Assembly: GCA_049889335.1 (NCBI GenBank)
Contig: JBMHDP010000237.1
Coordinates: 1-38,015 of the forward strand
Direction: 5' to 3'
Origin: Planctomycetota bacterium
Lineage (GTDB): Bacteria; Planctomycetota; UBA1135; UBA2386
DNA length: 38,015 nucleotides
Below the pieces are notes generated by a model. It ran no database searches. It was not told where the DNA came from and saw nothing but the letters and a program-made list of their open reading frames with translations. Both the position numbers and the translations under genes were made by a program. Positions 18,914 through 26,029 of the stretch are shown here, piece by piece. Position 1 is the first letter of the stretch, and the number at the start of each line of letters is the position of its first letter.

Positions 18914-19246
18914 TCAGAAGAAGACGATCAGCGGCACGAACGGCGGGAAGAAGCTCGCCAGGGCGCTGACAGACGCGAAGCCGCAGCCCCAAACGAGCGC
19001 AGGGCTCCGCCCGCCGAGGCGCCACGCGATCGCGCCGTTCCAGACCGAATGCAGGGCCAGCGCGACCGCCGGCAGGTTGCCGAGCCAGAGCGCGCTGGCG
19101 CTGCCGATCTCCAGCGGCGCGTAGGCCAGGACCAGCGCGAGCATGACGACGCGGATCGCCACCGACCCCGCTCCGGCCTTCCAGCAGCGCGCCCGCCGCC
19201 GCCGGGCCTCGTCGCGCTCGTCGGCCGCAGCGGCGGACGCGGTCAT
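18914..19246 (-). CDS. small hypothetical membrane protein
   Basis: 110 aa with about three hydrophobic segments (VAIRVVMLALVLAY, LGNLPAVALALHSVW, CGFASVSALASFFPPFVPLIVFF). GC3 bias supports the frame. Its ATG overlaps the stop of the upstream DUF2007 gene (ATGA). Confidence 0.5.
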   Translation of the reverse strand: MTASAAAADERDEARRRRARCWKAGAGSVAIRVVMLALVLAYAPLEIGSASALWLGNLPAVALALHSVWNGAIAWRLGGRSPALVWGCGFASVSALASFFPPFVPLIVFF

Positions 19247-19539
19247 CCCTCGTGTTCGGCGTCGGGGTCGTCGGCGGCGGCCAGCGCCTGCTGCTCCAGG
19301 TCGTCGACGTCGACCTCCGTCGGCTTGAGCACGTCCAGGGCGCGCTCCACGGCCTCGGTCGGCACCAGCACGCGGACGTTGCTGACGTTGAGGAGGCGCT
19401 GGCTCATGGCGAACTCGTCAGCGCTGGAGTTGCCGTCCACGAACGCAGGGATGCCGGCCGCCTCGAGCATGGCGACGTAGATCCGGGCCTGGTCCGGCGT
19501 GCTCGCCACCTTGACGACGGTGCTGATCGGCTCGTTCAT
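19243..19539 (-). CDS. DUF2007-like small protein (putative signal-transducing fold)
   Basis: 98 aa. VVKVASTPDQARIYVAMLEAAGIPAFVDG..VRVLVPTEAVERALDVL fits the DUF2007 pattern. It has 4-nt start/stop overlaps with both neighbours. Confidence 0.6.
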   Translation of the reverse strand: MNEPISTVVKVASTPDQARIYVAMLEAAGIPAFVDGNSSADEFAMSQRLLNVSNVRVLVPTEAVERALDVLKPTEVDVDDLEQQALAAADDPDAEHEG

Positions 19540-20024
19540 GTCGGCTCCTGGGTGGTCTCCGTCGGAGCGGGGTCCGCAGCGGACGGCGCTGGGGTCGCTC
19601 CCTCGCCCTGGTCCGACTCGCCGTCGTCCGACTCGACTTCTACGACCGGGTCGTCGTCGAGTTCGTCGAAGGAGCCGTCGTGGTCACGGGACCGGTCGTC
19701 CGCGCCGTGGCCAGCGCCGACGGGCGCCGACATGGCTTCGTGCGTGAGGTCGCGGAGCGCGCCGGCCGGGTTCGCCATGGCGTGCGGCACCTTGGCGACG
19801 TTCTTGACCTCGCGCGCGGTGTCCGAGATCGCCTTCTTCACGTCGCGGATCTCGCCGTCCCGGTCGATCTGGTCCTTGAAGTCCTGGAAGCTGCGCTTCA
19901 GCTGCGCGACGACCCTGCCGAGGCTCCGGCCAGCGTCGGGCAGGTTCCGGCCGTAGAGCAGGAGCCCGATGAAGAACAGGAGGAACATCTCCTGCCAGCC
20001 GATCGACGAGAACAGCGCGAGCAC
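19536..20024 (-). CDS. tatA: twin-arginine translocase TatA/TatB(E)-family protein with long acidic tail
   Basis: The N-terminus IGWQEMFLLFFIGLLLYGRNLPDAGRSLGRVVAQLKRSFQDFKDQI matches the TatA/B TM helix plus amphipathic helix (..LLLFG.KLPE.GR.LG..IR.FK). Confidence 0.8.
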   Translation of the reverse strand: MLALFSSIGWQEMFLLFFIGLLLYGRNLPDAGRSLGRVVAQLKRSFQDFKDQIDRDGEIRDVKKAISDTAREVKNVAKVPHAMANPAGALRDLTHEAMSAPVGAGHGADDRSRDHDGSFDELDDDPVVEVESDDGESDQGEGATPAPSAADPAPTETTQEPT

Positions 20025-20197
20025 AGCGCGTCGATCATAGCGCCAACCGGATCGTCGCGCCCCGCGGGATCGCGCCGCGGCCGAGCGCGACTTTCGTCGG
20101 AGCGGGGCGCCACGCGGCGGGCGGGGCGTCGCCTCGGACGCTGCCCGTCGGAAGAACTGGACCGGCGTCGTCCTGCTCCGTACCTTCTTTCGCCCCC

Positions 20198-21790
20198 ATG
20201 AGCGACAAGCCCATCTTCGCCGTCGAGCGGCTGACCAAGAGCTACCAGGGCAAGAAGCCCGTCCTGAACGACATCAGCCTCGTCTTCCTCGAGGGCGCCA
20301 AGATCGGCGTCATCGGCCAGAACGGCGCGGGCAAGTCGACCCTGCTCCGGATCATGGCCGGCGAGGACAAAGAGTACGACGGCGTCGCGCGCCTCGCCGA
20401 CGGCAAGACCGTCGGCTACGTGCCGCAGGAGCCCAAGCTCATCGAGGACCTGACCGTGCGCGAGAACGTCGAGAAGGCGGTCGAGCCGATCCGGAACCTG
20501 CTCAAGCAGCACGAAGAGGTCTCGATGAAGCTCGCCGAGGACCTCCCGCCGGCCGAGATGGACAAGGTGATGGCGGAGTTCGAGCGCTTGCAGGGCGAGA
20601 TCGACGCCAAGGACGCGTGGGAGATCGACCGCTACGTCGAGACCGCGATGACCAAGCTGCACCTGCCGCCTGGCGAGAAGAACGTCGCGGCGTGCTCCGG
20701 CGGCGAGCGTCGCCGCGTGGCGCTCTGCCGCACGCTCCTCGAGGCGCCGGACCTGCTGCTGCTGGACGAGCCGACCAACCACCTCGACGTCGAGACCGTG
20801 CGCTGGCTCGAGGAGCAGCTCGCGAACTACAAGGGCACGGTCGTCGTCATCACGCACGACCGCTTCTTCCTCGACAACGTCGTCGGCTGGATGCTCGAGG
20901 TCTGGCACGGGCGCGCGATCCCGTACCAAGGCAACTACTCCGAGTACCTGATCCAGCGCGCCAAGCGCATGGCCTCGCAGGAGCAGGCGCAGCAGAAGCG
21001 TGCCAAGTTCCTGGAGCGTGAGCTCGACTGGATCCGCATGAACCCGAAGGCGCGCGCCACCAAGAACAAGTCGCGCCTGAAGAACTACGACAAGATGATG
21101 GAGGAGGAGGTCGAGCAGGCCGACGACTCCGTCGAGCTGCAGATCCCGGCGGGCAAGCGCCTCGGCGACACGATCATCCGCTTCGAGAAGGTCTACTTCT
21201 CCTACGACGGCGAGAAGGACGTGCTCGAGAACGTCTCCTTCGACATGCAGCCGGGAGACATCCTCGGGATCGTCGGGCCGAACGGCACCGGCAAGACCAC
21301 CTGCCTCAAGCTGATCACCGGCCGCCTCGAGCCGCAGCAGGGCAAGGTCACCGTCGGCAAGACGGTGGACCTGTGCCACGTCGACCAGGAGCGCGAGACG
21401 CTCGACCCCGACCGGACCGTCTGGGAGGAGATCGCCGACAGCCAGGACATCATCAAGCTGGGCAAGCAGGAGATGAACAGCCGCAGCTACGTTGCGAAGT
21501 TCAACTTCACCGGCCCCGACCAACAGCAGAAGGTCGGCTCGCTGTCGGGCGGTCAGCGCAACCGCGTGCAGCTCGCCAAGATGCTCCGGCGCGGCGGCAA
21601 CATGATCCTGCTGGACGAGCCGACCAACGACCTGGACCTCGACACGCTGCGCGTGCTCGAAGAGGGCATCCAGAACTTCCCTGGCTGCATGGTGATCGTC
21701 TCCCACGACCGCTACTTCCTCGACCGCGTCTGCACCAAGATCCTCGACCTCGGCAACTACGAGCCGGGCAAGTTCCTCGACAGCCTGTAA
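20198..21790 (+). CDS. ettA: ABC-F ATPase, EttA-type translational throttle
   Basis: 530 aa with two ABC cassettes and no TM segments. It is colinear with E. coli EttA: GAKIGVIGQNGAGKSTLLRIMAG, CSGGERRRVALCRTLL, LLLDEPTNHLD, GIVGPNGTGKTT, LSGGQRNRVQLAKML, ILLDEPTNDLD, VSHDRYFLDR. Confidence 0.9.
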   Translation: MSDKPIFAVERLTKSYQGKKPVLNDISLVFLEGAKIGVIGQNGAGKSTLLRIMAGEDKEYDGVARLADGKTVGYVPQEPKLIEDLTVRENVEKAVEPIRNLLKQHEEVSMKLAEDLPPAEMDKVMAEFERLQGEIDAKDAWEIDRYVETAMTKLHLPPGEKNVAACSGGERRRVALCRTLLEAPDLLLLDEPTNHLDVETVRWLEEQLANYKGTVVVITHDRFFLDNVVGWMLEVWHGRAIPYQGNYSEYLIQRAKRMASQEQAQQKRAKFLERELDWIRMNPKARATKNKSRLKNYDKMMEEEVEQADDSVELQIPAGKRLGDTIIRFEKVYFSYDGEKDVLENVSFDMQPGDILGIVGPNGTGKTTCLKLITGRLEPQQGKVTVGKTVDLCHVDQERETLDPDRTVWEEIADSQDIIKLGKQEMNSRSYVAKFNFTGPDQQQKVGSLSGGQRNRVQLAKMLRRGGNMILLDEPTNDLDLDTLRVLEEGIQNFPGCMVIVSHDRYFLDRVCTKILDLGNYEPGKFLDSL

Positions 21791-21816
21791 GGAGCGGGGC
21801 TTCTAGGAGCGGGGGA

Positions 21817-21836
21817 GGCGCCGCCTCAGCGGCGCC
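21817..21836. terminator. GC hairpin GGCGCCGC-ctca-GCGGCGCC between convergent ettA and the FUN14-like gene (possible bidirectional terminator, no U-tract)
   Basis: A perfect 8-bp stem with a 4-nt loop, read directly from the sequence. The loop contains the minus-strand stop codon (TCA at 21826..21828). There is no T-run on either side. Confidence 0.35.
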
Positions 21837-22413
21837 GGAAGCCGAGCAGCAGCCCGGTCGCGCCGAGTCCGGCCGCCGGCAGGCTTCCGAGCACGAAGCC
21901 CCGGAAGCTCGCGATGTCGCGCTCGACGCGCGCGACCCACGACGCGAACAGGTCGTTGATCGCGTGCCAGTCGACGTGCACGAGGTCGGCCTGGGCGAGC
22001 GCGAAGGTCATGACGAGCCAGAAGCCCACGGCGATCGCGGCGAGCTTGAGCACGGCCCGGACGAACAAGCCGATACAAAAACCTGCGACGAAGCTGAAGC
22101 CGACGCGGAACACGCCCTTGGACGTGGGCTCGGTCGCGGCGGTCTCGGCGCCCGACGCGTCGCCGGCCGGCGCCGTGGTGGTGCCGTCCGGCACGAGGCC
22201 GGCGCCGAGCGCGGTCGAGGGGTCCGCTACGGAAGAGTCCGTAGGAACATCTCCAGCGACCAGGGTCCAAACCCCGCCTCCGACCGAGGCGAGGACGGCG
22301 AGACCGAGCATGGATTTTTCCCACGCCGGCGTCGCCGCCCAGCGCCGTCGCCAGCGGCCCACGTCGCCGCCCGTCCCCGTGCGTCTGTCGCCCTTGTCTG
22401 CTGCGCTCGCCAT
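21826..22413 (-). CDS. hypothetical membrane protein, FUN14-like C-terminal region
   Basis: 195 aa. GFSFVAGFCIGLFVRAVLKLAAIAVGFWLVMTFALAQADLVHVDW resembles the FUN14 family. The start is uncertain, with an alternative Met 34 codons in. Confidence 0.5.
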   Translation of the reverse strand: MASAADKGDRRTGTGGDVGRWRRRWAATPAWEKSMLGLAVLASVGGGVWTLVAGDVPTDSSVADPSTALGAGLVPDGTTTAPAGDASGAETAATEPTSKGVFRVGFSFVAGFCIGLFVRAVLKLAAIAVGFWLVMTFALAQADLVHVDWHAINDLFASWVARVERDIASFRGFVLGSLPAAGLGATGLLLGFRRR

Positions 22414-22517
22414 CGTCCGCGCGATGATCGTGCCATCGGCGCGCGAACGCCACTGCTGAGCATCCTCGCTCGACTTTGCGCTTCTTCCGCGACGACGTCG
22501 CCGCCAACATCCCGCCG

Positions 22518-23534
22518 ATGAACAAAGTGCTCTCCTCGTTCGTCGCGGCCGCCCTCGGTGTGAGCGTGTGCGCGCAAGACAAGGTCACCCTGACCAACGG
22601 CGACGTGCTCACCGGTGAGATCGTCTCGATGGCCGACGGCAAGATCACGATCCAGTCGCCCGTGCTCGACGAGGTCGTCGTCGCCGTCGCTGACGTCACC
22701 GACCTGGTGACCGCCGCGCCCGTGGTGCTGCAGACGCAGGACGGCGAGCGCATGGAGCGTCGCATCCTGGGCATCGAGAACGACAGCTTCCGACTGTCCG
22801 GAGGCGGCGCCGACGAGCTCCCGGTGATGAGCCTGGGCATGATCAACCCGCCCGAGAAGACGGCGCCGAAGTGGACCGGCTCGCTCAAGCTCACCGCGCT
22901 CTACACCAGCGGCAACACGCGCCGCGAGTCGGGCGGGCTGCTGTTCGACGCGTCGCGCACGACGGACTGGGACCGCATCACGCTCGACGGGATCTGGAAC
23001 TACGGCACCGACGAGGACGCAGCCGGAGTCAAGACGCTCACCCAGCGCCGCGCCGGCGGCGGCGCGAAGTACGACTACTTCCTCAACAAGCGCTGGTACG
23101 CGCTCGGCACCGCGCGGGCGCTCGGGGACACGCTGGCGGACCTCGACCTCCGCCTGACGATCGGCGCGGGCGCGGGCTACACGATCATCGACGACGGCAC
23201 GACGCTGCTGTTGTCCGAGGCCGGCTTCTCGTACTACAGCGAGGACTACCGGCAGCCCGGCCTCGCGACGGAGGAGACGGTCACCCTGCGCCTCGCCTAC
23301 CGCCTCGAGCACCAGCTGAGCGAGCAGACCAAGATCGTGCACCGCGTCGAGGCGTTCCCGTCCATCGAGGACGGCAGCGACTTCTACCTGCAGGCGGTGA
23401 CCGAGCTGTCGACGTCGCTGACCGACAGCATGGTCGCGTCCCTCGCGCACACGCTCGACTACGACAACACGCCCGCGGCAGGCCGGAAGAGCGCCGACAA
23501 CCGGGTCTTCCTCACCGTCGGCTGGAGCTTCTAG
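22518..23534 (+). CDS. DUF481 (YdiY-like) outer-membrane beta-barrel protein
   Basis: ATG 22518 gives the signal peptide MNKVLSSFVAAALGVSVCAQD. This is followed by KVTLTNGDVLTGEIVSMADGKITI and alternating-hydrophobic beta strands that end in the aromatic terminus VGWSF. Confidence 0.8.
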   Translation: MNKVLSSFVAAALGVSVCAQDKVTLTNGDVLTGEIVSMADGKITIQSPVLDEVVVAVADVTDLVTAAPVVLQTQDGERMERRILGIENDSFRLSGGGADELPVMSLGMINPPEKTAPKWTGSLKLTALYTSGNTRRESGGLLFDASRTTDWDRITLDGIWNYGTDEDAAGVKTLTQRRAGGGAKYDYFLNKRWYALGTARALGDTLADLDLRLTIGAGAGYTIIDDGTTLLLSEAGFSYYSEDYRQPGLATEETVTLRLAYRLEHQLSEQTKIVHRVEAFPSIEDGSDFYLQAVTELSTSLTDSMVASLAHTLDYDNTPAAGRKSADNRVFLTVGWSF

Positions 23535-26029
23535 TAGTCGTACGAGTAGCGGTCGCTCACGGTCGCGCCCCCGAAGCGGTTGCGCCGGCCGCGCGCGCCG
23601 CCGAACGTCGGCTGGAAGTCGAGGCGGAACGTCACCTCGTCGATGAACGGGTTGTAGGCCGCGGTGACGCCGATGATCCAGTCGTGGTCGCGCCGCTGCA
23701 GGCCCGCTGAGTAGCGGAGGAACTCGTCGCGCTCCAGGTCGCGCTGGGCCTGACCGAACACCGTCCAGCGGTCGAAGATCTGCGTGCGCGCGCCGACCCC
23801 GAGCACGCCGTCGAAGCGCGCGTCCTCGCGGTACTCGACGACCCAGTCGAGTCCGGCGACAGGGCCGAACGTCAGCTCGGTGTCGAGGGTCTGCATGCCG
23901 CGCGCCCAGTCGAGGTCGCCGTAGTGCGCGAGCGCGAAGTTCTCGAAGGGCAACCAGCTGACGTTGGGCCGCAGCAGCACGTCGTAGAAGAACAGCCCCA
24001 GCGTCTCGCCGCGGTTGTCGCGCTCGCTGTTCGGCAGCACGTCCTGCGCGAGGTCCAAGAAGACGAAGTCGCGCGGCTCGCGACCGGCGTCGGTCTCGAC
24101 CGTCTTCTGCAACAGGTTGCGGACCTCGAAGCGGACGAGCTCGCGTTCGGTCAGCAGGTCGATCGTGTCGTAGCCGAGCTGGTAGAGGCGCGTCGGGTCG
24201 ACGCGGTCGAACTGGAACAACGACCCGGGCGCGTCGTCGACGCGGTAGCGGTTGCGATAGGTGATGCGAGGAGCGATGACGTGTCGCAGGGCGTCCGGCG
24301 CTCCGTCCGCGTCCAGCCAGCGCCAGGTCTTCGACAGCCGCGCGCCGACCTGGATCCCTGCCTCGAGGGCGACGCGCCCCTCGTCGTCGCCGCTGGGTGT
24401 GTTGTCGTAGAAGGTGCCGCGTCCGCTCACGTAGGGGCGCACGTTGAGGGCGCCGAGGCGGAACGGCGCGGAGAGCTCGACCTGCTGGTCGGCGCGGAGC
24501 GTGCGGTCGCTGATCCGGAAGCCGGCGCGGTCGTCGTAGTCGCTGCGGCGCTGCCCGACCTGGGCCTCCAGGTCGAGCACGATCGGCGTCTCCCAGGGCG
24601 TCTCGGCGATCGGCTGGGCGAGCCACTGGTAGGTCGCGACCGGCAGCTCTTCGACGAAGCGGTCGGCGAGGTAGCGGTCGTCGCGGTAGCTGAAGTCGCT
24701 CAGGTTGAAGCGGGTGCCGAGCGTCAGCAGGTGGTTGCCGTCGGCGTGGTGCAGGTACGCGCTCGTCTCAGGGAGCTCGTCGCGACGGTAGGGGTCGATG
24801 AAGAACTCGCTGTAGACGCCTGCGTCGGACGCGTAGAAGGCCTGCAGGTCGAGGTGCGTGTTCTCGCCCAGGTGCACGCGGTTGGCCGTTCGGACCACCG
24901 CGCGGTCGCCGGGAGCGATCGGCGTGCCGTCCAGCTCGCGGCGGATCTCGCGGACGTTCGGGCCCTCATCGTTGATGTAGAGACCCTCGACGCGGCCCTC
25001 GTACAGCCCTGGGACCCGGTAGGTCAGGCTGGGTTCGAGCAGGCCGCCGCGCTCCTGGATCCAGCCGACGCCGAGCTCCCAGTCGCCGCGGAATTCGCCG
25101 GCCGGTCGGCCGGTGAGCCAGTTGTGCAGCGCGCCGCCGGTGTCGTTCCACGGCAGCCCAAACACGACGCCGAGCTGGGCACCCAGCGCGTTGGAGTAGG
25201 CGCCGGACACGCTCTTGATCGGGAACTCGCTCTGGCTGCCGGTGAACACCCGCGCGTCGGGGATCGGCAGCAGGTCGACGCCGCCGATCTGCACCGTCTG
25301 CCCGCGCGAGACGACCTCGAACTCGCCGACCCGCTCGATGATCTCGGCCTCTTCGACGTGCAGCGCCGCGTGTGGCGTCGCCGCGGTGCACGTGGTCAAC
25401 GTCAGGTCCTGGCCGACCCAGCGCGGGCCCTGCTTCACCAGCCGGGGACCGCGCACCACCAGCTCCTGGCTGAGCGCGCCCGCGCCGGATCGGTACCGCA
25501 GCTCGGCGTTCTCGACGACGACGCGGTCGTCGACCGGCGAGATCCACAGCCGGTCGCAGCGGAGCACCTCGACGCCTCGCTGGACGACGACGACGCCGCC
25601 TTCGCAGTACAGGTAGCGGAACAGCCGCAGCGCGTCGCCGTCGATCGGGGCGCCGTCCGGCGCATGGCCGACGGCCTGCAGCGTGCGCTGCAGCCGCGCG
25701 CGGATCGCGTCGGCGCTGAGCCTGCGGCGCGGCGCCGGCGCCGGCAGCGACCTCGTCGGCAGGCCGCTGGTCGAGCGCCGGTCGACCGCGCCCTCGAACG
25801 TCTCCAGGTCGTGGAGGACCAGGAGGTTCTCGCCGCGCAGGGTCAGCCCGAGCGCCTCGACCTCGAACACGAACCCGCCCTGCGCCTGGACCTCGTAGTA
25901 GTCGTCGCGCTTGCGGGATCGGAAGGCGCCGTTGAGCAGCTTGTAGTCGGCGCCGGGCGCCTGGGACCGGGCGCCGTCGGCCAGCACCGCGGCTAGGAGC
26001 GCGGCGGTCAGCAGCGGCGCCCTGCTCAC
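23531..26029 (-). CDS. lptD: LPS-assembly outer-membrane protein LptD/OstA-like
   Basis: The GTG at 26029 is preceded by GGAGGGGAG and overlaps the stop of the upstream gene. The signal peptide is SRAPLLTAALLAAVLADGARSQA. The protein has 832 aa, with an OstA_N-like N-terminus and a long Tyr/Asp/Arg-rich barrel region ending ..DRYSYDY. It sits downstream of kdsD-kdsC. Track ORF 23531..26770 extends into the upstream gene and is too long. Confidence 0.65.
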   Translation of the reverse strand: MSRAPLLTAALLAAVLADGARSQAPGADYKLLNGAFRSRKRDDYYEVQAQGGFVFEVEALGLTLRGENLLVLHDLETFEGAVDRRSTSGLPTRSLPAPAPRRRLSADAIRARLQRTLQAVGHAPDGAPIDGDALRLFRYLYCEGGVVVVQRGVEVLRCDRLWISPVDDRVVVENAELRYRSGAGALSQELVVRGPRLVKQGPRWVGQDLTLTTCTAATPHAALHVEEAEIIERVGEFEVVSRGQTVQIGGVDLLPIPDARVFTGSQSEFPIKSVSGAYSNALGAQLGVVFGLPWNDTGGALHNWLTGRPAGEFRGDWELGVGWIQERGGLLEPSLTYRVPGLYEGRVEGLYINDEGPNVREIRRELDGTPIAPGDRAVVRTANRVHLGENTHLDLQAFYASDAGVYSEFFIDPYRRDELPETSAYLHHADGNHLLTLGTRFNLSDFSYRDDRYLADRFVEELPVATYQWLAQPIAETPWETPIVLDLEAQVGQRRSDYDDRAGFRISDRTLRADQQVELSAPFRLGALNVRPYVSGRGTFYDNTPSGDDEGRVALEAGIQVGARLSKTWRWLDADGAPDALRHVIAPRITYRNRYRVDDAPGSLFQFDRVDPTRLYQLGYDTIDLLTERELVRFEVRNLLQKTVETDAGREPRDFVFLDLAQDVLPNSERDNRGETLGLFFYDVLLRPNVSWLPFENFALAHYGDLDWARGMQTLDTELTFGPVAGLDWVVEYREDARFDGVLGVGARTQIFDRWTVFGQAQRDLERDEFLRYSAGLQRRDHDWIIGVTAAYNPFIDEVTFRLDFQPTFGGARGRRNRFGGATVSDRYSYDY

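Noticed and set aside
21700-21790. EttA appears ~25 aa shorter at the C-terminus than E. coli EttA, which could indicate truncation.
   Set aside because: Both ABC cassettes and the linker are intact. The ORF ends at a clean TAA, and no homologous continuation appears in any other frame. This is probably natural length variation, and I cannot assess it without an alignment of close relatives.
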